From positions 352,001-416,000 of the forward strand of contig CAVXPZ010000001.1 of NCBI GenBank assembly GCA_963763775.1: DNA of 64,000 bases, written 5' to 3'. Shown here in pieces: positions 1-10,040 of this stretch. Source of the DNA: an uncultured Chloroflexia bacterium. Lineage in GTDB: Bacteria > Chloroflexota > Limnocylindria > Limnocylindrales > CSP1-4. Both the position numbers and the translations under genes were made by a program. How positions within the stretch are numbered: the first letter of the stretch is position 1; every line of letters begins with the position of its first letter. The notes under the pieces were generated by a model. The model had not been told where the DNA came from. It did no database searches and was given only the letters and a program-made list of their open reading frames with translations.

Positions 1-984
1 CGGATCGTCGCCCGGGTCCCGTTCCTCGCGGCCCAGCGTGGGGAGCGCATCGGGATCGTCGGCCCGAACGGCGCCGGGAAGACCACGCTCCTGCGCACGA
101 TCGCGGGGGAGTTGCCGCCGCTCGACGGGGCGCTGACGTTCGGGCATGCCGTCCAGCTCGGGTATCTCGCGCAGCTCCGCGGGGCGGCGATCCCCGGCGC
201 CACGGTCCTTGACGCCCTCCTTGAAGCGATCCCGGTCACCCCGGGCGAGGCCCGCGGGTATCTCGCCCGGTTCCTCTTCCGTGGCGACGATGTCGAGAAG
301 GAGGTCAGGACGCTGTCGGGCGGCGAGCGGTCCCGGCTCGAACTGGCGCTCCTGGGGATCCAGCCGTCGAACCTCCTGCTGCTCGACGAGCCCACGAACC
401 ACCTGGACATCCCGGCCCGCGAGGCCATCGAACGGTTCATGGCCGAATCGTCGGCGACCCTGCTGGTCGTGTCGCACGACCGGCGGCTCCTCGAGACCGT
501 CTGCGAGAAGCTGTGGGTGGTGGACGGCGGGGCGGCGGCGCCATTCGACGGCGGCTATCGCGAGTGGCGAGCCGCGGTGGCCGGCGGTTGGACCGTCGCC
601 GGGGCGATCGAGGCGGAGGCGAAGCGCCTGCGCGGTGGCGCCGCCGGCCGGGTCGGCGTCGACAAGACCACGTCTGTCGGCGTGTCGCCGTCCGACGGCC
701 GCGCGGCCTCCCCGGTCCGGCCGGAGCCCGCGCCGGCCAAGCCGAGAGCCCGCAAGGCGGAGAAGCTCTCGAAGGACGCGTATCGCAAGCAGCGGACCGC
801 GCTCGACGCGGAGCTCTCGCGGCTCGGCCTGCGCCGGAGCCACCTCGAACTCGCCATGGGCGACCCGAAGGTGGCCGCGAACTTCGTCGAGATGCGACGG
901 GTGACGAGCGAGCTGGCGGATGTCGATGTCGCCCTGGCGGCCGCCGAGGACGCGTGGCTCGACCTCGAGGAGCGCGCGCCGTGA
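1..984 (+). CDS. ABC-F family ATPase (Uup/YheS-like), 5' end outside the window
   Basis: Frame 1 is open from base 1: Walker A GPNGAGKTT, signature LSGGE, Walker B LLLLDEPTNHLD, VSHDR, and a C-terminal coiled coil. Confidence 0.9.
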   Translation, partial: RIVARVPFLAAQRGERIGIVGPNGAGKTTLLRTIAGELPPLDGALTFGHAVQLGYLAQLRGAAIPGATVLDALLEAIPVTPGEARGYLARFLFRGDDVEKEVRTLSGGERSRLELALLGIQPSNLLLLDEPTNHLDIPAREAIERFMAESSATLLVVSHDRRLLETVCEKLWVVDGGAAAPFDGGYREWRAAVAGGWTVAGAIEAEAKRLRGGAAGRVGVDKTTSVGVSPSDGRAASPVRPEPAPAKPRARKAEKLSKDAYRKQRTALDAELSRLGLRRSHLELAMGDPKVAANFVEMRRVTSELADVDVALAAAEDAWLDLEERAP

Positions 985-1594
985 CCGTCCGCATCGGGAT
1001 CACCGGGCCGATCGGGTGCGGGAAGTCCACCGTCGCCGGGTGGCTCGGCGAGCGATCGGGCGTCGTCGTGATCGACGCGGACGTGGTCGCTCGGGAGGTG
1101 CTCGACCCAGGTCGAGCCGGCTCTTGGTGCCGTGTTCGCGCGGTTCGGCGAGAAGGTCCGGGTCGCCGACGGGTCGCTCGACCGCGCCGCGCTCGGTCGC
1201 ATCGTGTTCGCTGACCCGGCCGCGCTGCGCGACCTCGAGGCCATCGTCCATCCGGCTGTCCGCCCGCGGATCCTCGCGGCGATCGACGAGGGCGAGCGCC
1301 GCGGGGCGGTCGCGGTCGTCGTCGAGGCGATCAAGCTGGTCGAGGGTGGCCTCGCCGACCTGTGCGACGAGGTCTGGCTGGTGACCTGCGATCCCGGCCG
1401 TGCAGCTCGAGCGCGTCGCGGGGCGGGGGAGCGACCCGGCCGACGCAGCCGCACGGATCGCGGCGCAGGGCGACCTGGCGGCCCGGCTTCGCCCCGCGGC
1501 GACTCGCGTCATCGACACGACCGGGAGCGCCGAGACGACGCGGACCGAGGTCGGCAGGCTCCTCGCAGCGGTGATCGCCGAGCCGCCGATCTGA
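981..1594 (+). CDS. coaE: Dephospho-CoA kinase, split by two apparent +1 frameshifts (~1110, ~1395)
   Basis: GTG overlaps the upstream TGA; IGITGPIGCGKST, VIDAD, LDRAALGRIVF, LEAIVHP, ARIAAQ are spread over three successive frames. Confidence 0.88.
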
Positions 1595-1632
1595 GAGCGG
1601 CACTACGACACGGTCGTGACGGCCGCCGTGAG

Positions 1633-1650
1633 ACCGAACGCCCGTTCGGT
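1633..1650. promoter_or_regulatory. LexA (SOS) box upstream of uvrB, GAAC-N4-GTTC type
   Basis: ACCGAAC-GCCC-GTTCGGT with perfect inverted arms, 17 bp upstream of a TAGACT -10-like hexamer (1668-1673). Confidence 0.8.
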
Positions 1651-1682
1651 TCCGCGGCGGGATGCGATAGACTGGACCGCTG

Positions 1683-4032
1683 ATGCCCGACTTCAAGTTC
1701 GTCGCCCCGTTCGAGCCGACCGGTGACCAGCCAGCGGCGATCGAGCGCCTGAGCGAGGGCCTCGCCCGCGGCGTCCGGCACCAGACCCTGCTCGGAGCGA
1801 CCGGGAACGGGCAAGACGGCGACCCTCGCCTGGACCATCGCCCGGCACAACAAGCCCACCCTCGTCCTGGCCCACAACAAGACGCTGGCGGCCCAGCTGT
1901 ACGCGGAGTTCCGCGAGTTCTTCCCGGAGAACGCGGTCGAGTACTTCGTGAGCTACTTCGACTACTACCAGCCCGAGGCGTACCTGCCTCGGAGCGACAC
2001 GTACATCGAGAAGGACTCGTCGCGCAACGACGAGATCGACCGGCTCCGGCACGCGGCCACGCACGCGTTGTTCGAACGGCGGGACGTGATCATCGTCGCG
2101 AGCGTCAGCTGCATCTACGGCCTGGGCGCCCCGGTCGACTACGGCGCCACCGTCCTGAAACTCCGTGTCGGGGGGCAATACCGGCGCGACGCCGTGCTCC
2201 GCCACCTCGTCGACCTCCAGTACCAGCGCAACGACCAGGCGCTGACGCGCGCCCGGTTCCGGGTCCGCGGCGACACGCTGGAGCTCCAGCCGGCGTCGGA
2301 GGAGACGCTCATCCGAGTCGAGTTCTTCGGCGACGAGGTCGAGCGGATCACCGAGCTGGACCCGCTGACCGGTGAGCTCCTGGCGGAGCGCCGCGAGACC
2401 AACGTCTACCCCGCGACCCACTACGTGACGCCCAACGACAAGCTCAAGGAAGCCATCGTCGACATCGACGCCGAGATGGAGCTGCGTGTCGGCCAGCTCG
2501 AGGCGGAGGGCCGAGCGCTCGAGGGCGCGCGGCTCCGTCAACGCACGACGTTCGACCTGGAGATGATGCGCGAGCTCGGCTACTGCACCGGCATCGAGAA
2601 CTACTCGCGGCATCTCTCGCGCCGCGAGGCCGGCAGCCGGCCGTGGACGCTGCTCGACTATTTCCCGCCGGACTGGCTCCTCGTGGTCGACGAGTCGCAC
2701 ATGACGATCCCGCAGGTCGTCGGCATGTACAAGAACGACCGGACCCGCAAGGAGATCCTCGTCGACTTCGGGTTCCGGCTGCCGTCGGCGCTCGACAACC
2801 GGCCGCTGACGTTCGAGGAGTTCGAGGCCACGGTCCACCAGGCCGTCTACATGAGCGCGACGCCCGGTCCGTACGAGCTGGAGCGGAGCGAGACGATCGT
2901 CCAGCAGCTCATCCGACCGACGGGCGTCGTCGACCCGAAGATCACGGTGCGTCCGACCGACGGGCAGATCGACGACCTGCTCGAGGAGATCCGCGTCCGG
3001 GCGGAACGCGGCGAGCGTGCCCTGGTCACGACGCTCACGAAGAAGATGGCCGAGGACCTGACCGACTACCTCAAGGAGCTCGGGATCAAGGTCCAGTACC
3101 TCCACAGCGAGGTCGACACCCTCGAGCGCGTCGCGATCCTGCGGGACCTGCGGCTCGGCGTCTTCGACGTGCTCGTCGGCATCAACCTCCTCCGGGAGGG
3201 CATCGACCTGCCCGAGGTGACCCTGGTCGCGATCCTCGACGCCGACAAGGAGGGGTTCCTGCGCTCGGCGTGGTCGCTGATCCAGATGATCGGCCGCGCG
3301 GCCCGGAACATCGGCGGCGAGGTCGTGATGTACGCCGACAGGATCACCGAGTCGATGAAGGTCGCGATGGACGAGACCGAGCGCCGACGCACGATCCAGA
3401 CCGCCTATAACACCGAGCACGGCATCGAGCCGACGACGATCGTCAAGGGCATCCACGACCTGAACCAGCGGCTGCGCGCGGTCGCGGAGTCGACGGTCGT
3501 CTACAGCTCGGAGCGGGGCGGCGAGCTGACCGAGGCCGACCGGGCGAAGGTCGAGGCGCTCGTCGGGCGGATGGAGGCCGAGATGAAGTCGGCCGCGAAA
3601 CAGCTGGAGTTCGAGCGGGCGGCGGCACTCCGCGACGAGATCCAGCAGATCCGACTCCGCGTGCTCGAGCAGGACGCGTCGGTCATCGTCGGCAAGGCCG
3701 CCGAGCGCGCGGGTCGCGAGAGCCGCGGTCTGACCGGGGCGGCGGATCGTGCCCGTGGCCGGCGTGCCGACGACGCGGCGGCGCTCCTCTCGACGATGGA
3801 AGTCACGAGCGTCGAGGTCCTGCCCGCCGACGAGGAGCCGGCTGGCGCCGCCGACGGCGAGCCCGGCATCGACGAGAACACCGCCGCGGACTGGCTTCCG
3901 GGCATCCGGGACGAGCATGACGATGGCGGCGGCACGCAGGCACGCTGGCTCGAGCGACCGACCTGGGACCGGACCGTGACCCCCAACATCCGCAAGCGGA
4001 CGGGCCAGCGGCCGGGTCGGCGTCGCTTCTAA
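1683..4032 (+). CDS. uvrB: Excinuclease ABC subunit B, one apparent +1 frameshift (~1806)
   Basis: [56 protein letters not shown]-terminal UVR domain [11 protein letters not shown]. Confidence 0.95.
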
Positions 4033-4150
4033 GACGCAGTCGTCCGGAACCGACCTGCGGCGTGGTGCTCCGCATCTGGTGGTGCGCGGACGCGCCGGAA
4101 TCGTGTCCGGACCGGTAGGGGTCCGGTGTGGTTGGGACTAGATTGGTTCG

Positions 4151-4465
4151 GTGCCCCTGCGCCTCGCGACGCTGGTCCTCGCGCAGTCCCTCGACCTCGC
4201 CACGTTCTGGGTGATGGTCGGACGGCGAGGGGTGGCCGCCGAGATGAATCCGCTGGTCGGCGGGATGTACCTGCAGTTCGGGATGACCGCGATCGTGGCG
4301 GCCAAGGTCCTGCTCGTCACGCTGATCGCGGCGCTCGCCGTGGCGGCCTGGGCCCGCGGTGGACGGGGCGTGTGGTCGCTGGTCGGCGCCGTTCCGCTGG
4401 CGATGGCCATCGCGTTCGGCGTCATCGGCGGCTACACCAACACGCTCGCCTACCTGGGCGGCTGA
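4151..4465 (+). CDS. Small membrane protein (DUF5658-like)
   Basis: 104 aa, about 3 hydrophobic segments, LDLAT...EMNPL motif; TAGATT hexamer 6 nt before the GTG. Confidence 0.65.
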   Translation: MPLRLATLVLAQSLDLATFWVMVGRRGVAAEMNPLVGGMYLQFGMTAIVAAKVLLVTLIAALAVAAWARGGRGVWSLVGAVPLAMAIAFGVIGGYTNTLAYLGG

Positions 4466-4514
4466 CCGCCTCCGAGCCCGGCGTCGCGGGCGCGACATGG
4501 GCCCGCGGTGGACG

Positions 4515-4528
4515 AGAACGGGTGTTCT
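4515..4528. promoter_or_regulatory. LexA (SOS) box upstream of uvrA
   Basis: AGAAC-GGGT-GTTCT, 17 bp upstream of a TACACT -10-like hexamer (4546-4551). Confidence 0.8.
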
Positions 4529-4557
4529 ATTCCACCCGGATGCCGTACACTTCGGAC

Positions 4558-7500
4558 GTGCCCCAGGACCGACTCGTCGTGCGCGGAGCGCGCGAACACA
4601 ACCTCAAGAACGTCGACGTCGCGTTCCCGCGCGACCGCCTCGTCGTCATCACGGGCCTGTCGGGATCGGGCAAGAGCAGCCTCGCCTTCGACACGATCTA
4701 CGCCGAGGGCCAGCGCCGCTACGTCGAGAGCCTCAGCGCCTACGCCCGGCAGTTCCTGGGACAGATGGAGAAGCCGGACGTCGACCAGATCGACGGCCTG
4801 TCGCCGGCGATCTCCATCGACCAGAAGGGCGCGTCGCGGAACCCGCGGTCCACGGTCGGGACGGTCACCGAGATCTACGACCACCTGCGGCTGCTGTTCG
4901 CGCGGATCGGGGTCCCGCACTGCCCCAACGGCCATGCGATCGAGCGGCAGACCGTCCAGCAGATCGTGGACCAGGTCCTCGCGCTGCCGGAGGGCACGCG
5001 CCTCCTGGTCCTGGGCCCGCTCATCAAGGACCGCAAGACCGAGGGTGACCGCGTCTTCGACGCCGCACGCCGGCAGGGCTTCGTCCGCGTCCGCGTCGAC
5101 GGGGAGATGGTGGACATCGCCGAAGCCCCGAAGCTCGACAAGTACAAGCGGCATTCGATCGAGGTCGTCGTCGACCGGTACGTCGTGCGCCATGCGGAAG
5201 CCCCCGACGGCGCAGCGCTCGCGGCCGACGGCCGACCGATCGACCCGGAGACCGGGCTTCGCGATCCCGGATCCCGACGCCGGCCGACTCGCCGACTCGA
5301 TCGAGACGGCGCTGCGGCTCGGCGAGGGCGTCGTGCTGATCGCCCCGGCCCCGCGGGACGACGAGCCAGCCGCGTTCGAGGAGCAGCGATACAGCGAGAA
5401 GTACAGCTGCCCGTACGACGGGTTCACGGTCGAGGAGCTCGAGCCGCGCACGTTCTCGTTCAACTCCCCGCACGGGGCGTGCCCGTCCTGCACGGGCCTC
5501 GGGACACGCCTCGAGATCGACCCGGACCTCGTCGTCCCGGACCGCGCCAAGAGCCTCGCGGCCGGCGCGCTCGTGCCGTGGGCGAAGATGCCGACGGACG
5601 CCTCCTGGCGGCTCAAGATCCTCGAGGCCATCACGGCGTCGCACGGCTGGGACTTCAAGGCCGCGTTCCGCGACCTCCCGCGCCGACGCCGTCCAGTACG
5701 TGCTCTACGCGGCCAAGGACGAGAAGGTCGTCGTCCGCTACCGCCACGAGCGCGGCGAGAACACGTACAACGCCACGTTCGAGGGCGTCGTCACGAACCT
5801 CGAGCGCCGCTATCGCGAGACGGACTCGGACTACATCAAGACCGAGCTCGAGAAGTACATGGTCACGCGGCCATGCCCGACCTGCGGCGGCAAGCGTCTC
5901 CGGCCCGGAGATCCTCGCGGTCACGATCGGCGACCGGAACGTGTGGGACGTCTCGACGATGTCGATCACCGCGGCACTCGACTGGGCGGCAGGGCTGGCC
6001 GGCACCCTCAGCGAGCGCGAGCGGACCATCGCGGTCCAGGTCGTCAAGGAGATCGTCGCGCGGCTCGGCTTCCTCGTCGACGTCGGGCTCGACTACCTGA
6101 CCCTCGATCGGACCAGCGTGACGCTGTCGGGTGGCGAGGCCCAGCGGATCCGGCTGGCGACCCAGATCGGGACCACGCTGATGGGCGTCCTGTACATCCT
6201 CGACGAGCCGTCGATCGGCCTGCATCAACGCGACAACGCCAAGCTCATCGCCACGCTCACGCGGCTGCGCGACCTGGGGAACACCGTCCTCGTCGTCGAG
6301 CATGACGAGGAGACGATCCGGACCGCGGACTGGGTCATCGACATCGGCCCGGGCGCCGGGGAGCACGGCGGCGAGATCATCGCGAACGGCCCCCTCGAGG
6401 CCGTGTTGGCCGAGCCGCGATCCATCACCGGCGCGTTCCTGCGAGGCGAGCGCGAGGTCGCCGTCCCGAAGCGGCGGCGGCCGGGCAACGGCAAGTCGCT
6501 CGTCGTCAAGGGCGCCCGTGAGCACAACCTGCACGATCTCGATCTGCGCGTGCCGCTCGGCACGTTCGTCGCGGTGACGGGCGTGTCGGGGAGCGGCAAG
6601 AGCACGCTCGTCACCGAGGTCCTGTACCGGGCGCTGGCCCGGGAGCTCAACGGCTCGCGCGAGCCGGTCGGGGCGCACGACTCGCTCGACGGCGCCCAGC
6701 ACGTCGACAAGATCATCGAGATCGACCAGAGCCCGATCGGGCGGACGCCCCGCTCGAACCCGGCGACCTACGTCGGGTTGTTCACCCCGATCCGGGAGCT
6801 GTTCGCGGGGGTCCCGGAGGCGCGCGTCCGCGGCTACACGCCCGGCCGGTTCAGCTTCAACGTCAAGGGCGGCCGGTGCGAGCACTGCAAGGGCGACGGG
6901 ATCCTCAAGATCGAGATGCAGTTCCTCCCGGACGTCTACGTCCCGTGCGAGGTCTGCAAGGGCAAGCGCTACAACCGCGAGGCCCTGGAGATCCACTACA
7001 AGGGCAAGTCCATCGCGGACGTGCTCGAGATGACCATCGCGGAAGCGCTCGAGTTCTTCGGCGCCGTCCCGAACGTGCGGACGAAGCTCCAGACCCTGTT
7101 CGATGTCGGGCTCGGCTATGTCCACCTCGGCCAGCCGGCGACGACACTGTCGGGCGGCGAGGCCCAGCGGGTCAAGCTCTCGACCGAGCTCTCGCGACGA
7201 GCCACGGGCCGGACGTTCTACGTCCTCGACGAGCCCACGACCGGACTCCACTTCGCGGACGTCGAGAAGCTGCTCGAGGTGCTCCACCGGCTCGTCGACG
7301 GTGGGAACACCGTGTTGGTCATCGAGCACAACCTCGATGTCATCAAGACCGCGGACTGGATCGTCGACCTCGGTCCGGAGGGCGGCGACCGCGGCGGACG
7401 GATCATCGCCGAGGGCACGCCCGAGCAGGTCGCCAAGGTCCGGGCGTCGGCCACGGCCGAATACCTCGCCCGCGTCCTGCGCGGGGAGCCGCTCGTCCCG

Positions 7501-7629
7501 CTCAGCGACGTCACCTTCGCGGACGAAGCGGGCCGAGGAGGCCGGCGGAACGGCAACGGCAAGACGGCTCCGGAGATCACGATCGCGCCGTCGCGCAAGC
7601 GCGCCGCGGCTGCGACGAGATCGCGCTGA
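4558..7629 (+). CDS. uvrA: Excinuclease ABC subunit A, three apparent +1 frameshifts (~5258, ~5682, ~5905) that cancel out overall
   Basis: [35 protein letters not shown] (frame 2), CPTCGGKRL (frame 3), LSGGEAQR twice, [11 protein letters not shown]. Confidence 0.95.
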   Translation: MPQDRLVVRGAREHNLKNVDVAFPRDRLVVITGLSGSGKSSLAFDTIYAEGQRRYVESLSAYARQFLGQMEKPDVDQIDGLSPAISIDQKGASRNPRSTVGTVTEIYDHLRLLFARIGVPHCPNGHAIERQTVQQIVDQVLALPEGTRLLVLGPLIKDRKTEGDRVFDAARRQGFVRVRVDGEMVDIAEAPKLDKYKRHSIEVVVDRYVVRHAEAPDGAALAADGRPIDPETGLRDPGSRRRPTRRLDRDGAAARRGRRADRPGPAGRRASRVRGAAIQREVQLPVRRVHGRGARAAHVLVQLPARGVPVLHGPRDTPRDRPGPRRPGPRQEPRGRRARAVGEDADGRLLAAQDPRGHHGVARLGLQGRVPRPPAPTPSSTCSTRPRTRRSSSATATSAARTRTTPRSRASSRTSSAAIARRTRTTSRPSSRSTWSRGHARPAAASVSGPEILAVTIGDRNVWDVSTMSITAALDWAAGLAGTLSERERTIAVQVVKEIVARLGFLVDVGLDYLTLDRTSVTLSGGEAQRIRLATQIGTTLMGVLYILDEPSIGLHQRDNAKLIATLTRLRDLGNTVLVVEHDEETIRTADWVIDIGPGAGEHGGEIIANGPLEAVLAEPRSITGAFLRGEREVAVPKRRRPGNGKSLVVKGAREHNLHDLDLRVPLGTFVAVTGVSGSGKSTLVTEVLYRALARELNGSREPVGAHDSLDGAQHVDKIIEIDQSPIGRTPRSNPATYVGLFTPIRELFAGVPEARVRGYTPGRFSFNVKGGRCEHCKGDGILKIEMQFLPDVYVPCEVCKGKRYNREALEIHYKGKSIADVLEMTIAEALEFFGAVPNVRTKLQTLFDVGLGYVHLGQPATTLSGGEAQRVKLSTELSRRATGRTFYVLDEPTTGLHFADVEKLLEVLHRLVDGGNTVLVIEHNLDVIKTADWIVDLGPEGGDRGGRIIAEGTPEQVAKVRASATAEYLARVLRGEPLVPLSDVTFADEAGRGGRRNGNGKTAPEITIAPSRKRAAAATRSR

Positions 7630-7691
7630 TCCGCGCTCGCCCGTCCCGCCGCGGACGTTCCGCCGCGTTGCCCAGCGGCTAGCATACGGAC

Positions 7692-8147
7692 GTGCCGGAC
7701 ATCGACTTCGCCTTCCTGGCCGACGCCGCGGAGACCATCCCCGGGCAGAAGTTCCACGTCCTCGGCGGTGGCATCGCGCGGATCGGCGGCCGTCGGTTCC
7801 CGTTGCGGCACCCGCACCTGGCGCTCGTGATCGGCCTGCAGGTGACCGCGCCCGAGACCGAGCGCGAACACGAGATCCGGTTCGTCCTGCTCGGGCCCGA
7901 CGGCGCGGAGGTGGCCGGGGCGACCGGGAGCCTCGTGGCGCGCAGCCAGCGTGACGGGCGTGACGCGACGCTGACGTTCTCGATCGACCTGTGGAACCTG
8001 ACCTTCCCGGCGCCGGGCGACTACTCGTTCCGGATCCTCGTCAACGGGTCGGAGCGCAAGCGGCTGCCGCTGCTGCTGCTCGCGCCCACCGACGATGCGG
8101 GCACCGGCAAGGGCGGGACGACGGTGACGCGACCATCGGATGACTGA
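7692..8147 (+). CDS. Beta-rich hypothetical protein (DUF6941-like)
   Basis: FAFLADAA...GQKFHVLGGG...LTFPAPGDYSFRILVNG pattern; TAGCAT 6 nt before the GTG. Confidence 0.65.
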   Translation: MPDIDFAFLADAAETIPGQKFHVLGGGIARIGGRRFPLRHPHLALVIGLQVTAPETEREHEIRFVLLGPDGAEVAGATGSLVARSQRDGRDATLTFSIDLWNLTFPAPGDYSFRILVNGSERKRLPLLLLAPTDDAGTGKGGTTVTRPSDD

Positions 8148-8496
8148 CGCCCGTAGCGGCGGCCCGTCGACGACCAGGGCGTCCGGAGGCCGCCCGCCGG
8201 CGCGACACGAGCGACCGGCCATCGACGCGCTAGGACTGGAGGCCGCGCGGCATGCCGACCGGTTGGTGCAGGCGGCGCAGGATCTCGGTGTCACGCGCTG
8301 GGCGACCTACCTCGAGCCGTTGCCCGAGCACCTCCGCGACGACGAGCCGGCGGCACTACGGCGGACCGCGATGCGCGCCAGGGCCGCCTACGGCCCGAAG
8401 GACTCGATCCGCGACGCGCTCCCGGCCGACCTGACGGAGCCGTTCCTCGACGCCATCGACCGCCTCCTGCGCGAGCTCAACCGATCGAGAGGATAA
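8140..8496 (+). CDS. Hypothetical helical protein
   Basis: 118 aa ORF overlapping the upstream gene by 8 nt, GC3-rich codon usage. Confidence 0.6.
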   Translation: MTDARSGGPSTTRASGGRPPARHERPAIDALGLEAARHADRLVQAAQDLGVTRWATYLEPLPEHLRDDEPAALRRTAMRARAAYGPKDSIRDALPADLTEPFLDAIDRLLRELNRSRG

Positions 8497-8623
8497 GCCG
8501 CCGGTCCGGCACGTTCATCCGCCTCGGGTGACATCGCGGTCCGATCGACCCGGTACCGTGACGCCGAGCCCGGCTGACCCTCAGGAAGAGGGGATGCAGG
8601 ATGGGCTGCACGTTGGAGGGGAG

Positions 8624-9511
8624 ATGGCGAACGAGGCGCTGACAAGCTGGCGCGAGGGCTCAGCCAAGCAGGCGATCCTGGACTTCGTCACGGCCGTGAC
8701 GACGCCGGGGCCGGCCTTCGTCGCGGTCGCCGACCGGATCGCCGCGTTCGACAACGACGGGACGCTCTGGGTCGAGCAGCCGCTGCCACCCCAGTTCGAT
8801 TTCGTGTTCCGCAAGTGGGCCGCGGAGGTCAAGGCGGATCCGTCGCTCGCCGAGCGGCAGCCCTACAAGGCCGTCATCACTCGGGACCAGTCGTTCTTCG
8901 CGGGCGTGGCGGGCCAGGATCCCGAGGCGGTCGGTGCGCTCATGACGGCTTTTGCGCGGTCGTGGCAGGGGACCACCCCCGCGGCATTCGAGTCGCAGGT
9001 CCGCGAGTGGCTGACGACCGTGGAGCAACCGCAACTCGGCCGGCGGTATATCGAGCTGGTCTACAGGCCGATGCTGGAGCTCTTCGACCTCCTCAAGGCC
9101 AATGACTTCCGCGTATTCGTGTGCTCCGGCGGTGGCCGCGACTTCATGCGCGTCTTCGCCGAGGAGACCTGGGGGATCTACCGCGAGAATGTCATCGGGA
9201 CGGCCGCCGAGTACCACTACACCGACGGCCGCATCGTCCGGGGCGAGCATGCCCTCGGCGGGCTCGACATCGGTCCCGGCAAGCCGGAGCACATCTTCGC
9301 CCGGACCGGGCGACTCCCGGTGTTCGCCGGCGGCAACGCGGACGTCGACATCGAGATGCTCGAGTCCGCGACGTTCTCGATCCTCGTCAACCATGACGAC
9401 GCGGATCGCGAGTTCGCCTACACGAGCGGTGGCGAGGCGTCGCTCGCCAAGGCGGCGGCGCTGGGCTGGACCGTCGTGAGCATGAAGGACGACTGGCTCA
9501 CCGTGTTCTAG
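8624..9511 (+). CDS. HAD-superfamily hydrolase (nonspecific acid phosphatase-like)
   Basis: AAFDNDGTLWVEQP motif I, CSGGGRDFMR, GNADVDIEML, VSMKDDW; GGAGG ribosome-binding site before ATG 8624. Confidence 0.85.
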   Translation: MANEALTSWREGSAKQAILDFVTAVTTPGPAFVAVADRIAAFDNDGTLWVEQPLPPQFDFVFRKWAAEVKADPSLAERQPYKAVITRDQSFFAGVAGQDPEAVGALMTAFARSWQGTTPAAFESQVREWLTTVEQPQLGRRYIELVYRPMLELFDLLKANDFRVFVCSGGGRDFMRVFAEETWGIYRENVIGTAAEYHYTDGRIVRGEHALGGLDIGPGKPEHIFARTGRLPVFAGGNADVDIEMLESATFSILVNHDDADREFAYTSGGEASLAKAAALGWTVVSMKDDWLTVF

Positions 9512-9560
9512 GAAGGGACCAGCGCTCGCCTTCCAGGCGGCCGGATCGGTCGGCGCGACC

Positions 9561-10040
9561 TCAACCGACCCAAGGGATGAGCCGGCGAGTCCGCGCCCGA
9601 TACGCCGGGTAGTCCGGGAACCGCTCGACCAGCCACACCTCCTCGCGCATCGACTTGGCGGTGAAGTACATCCACACGACACCGGCGAGGACGAGGGCCG
9701 GGATCGAGGCGGTCGCCAGCGCCCACCCGGCGGATGCCAGCACGATGCCGCCGTAGATCGGATGGCGGACCCTCGCGTAGACGCCGGCCTGCACGAGGGT
9801 GGCGCCATCGCGTGGCCGAGGGAAGGGCGTGAGGTTCTCTTGCAGGTCCCGGGTGCCGCGTATGGCGAGCACCGCACCAGCCACGATGAGGGCCACCCCG
9901 ACGAGCGCGCCGGCGACGCGAGCCAGCCCGCTCCAGCTCGGACCGCCGAACCAGCCCGCGAGGGCCACCAGCAGCAGGAGGATCGCCTGGATCGCGACCC
10001 AGCCTTCGCCGCGTGGTCCGAGTGACGGCATCCTCGTCAT
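9561..10040 (-). CDS. Isoprenylcysteine carboxyl methyltransferase / PEMT family membrane protein
   Basis: LTPFPRP..LVQAGVYARVRHPIY, EEVWLVERFPDYPAYRARTRRLIP; own ATG at 10040 preceded by TACGAT. Confidence 0.85.
   Translation of the reverse strand: MTRMPSLGPRGEGWVAIQAILLLLVALAGWFGGPSWSGLARVAGALVGVALIVAGAVLAIRGTRDLQENLTPFPRPRDGATLVQAGVYARVRHPIYGGIVLASAGWALATASIPALVLAGVVWMYFTAKSMREEVWLVERFPDYPAYRARTRRLIPWVG

Noticed and set aside
4126-7629. 1167-aa UvrA with a novel Arg-rich central domain
   Set aside because: The centre is out-of-frame translation between three +1 shifts; the true UvrA sequence is present in the other two frames.
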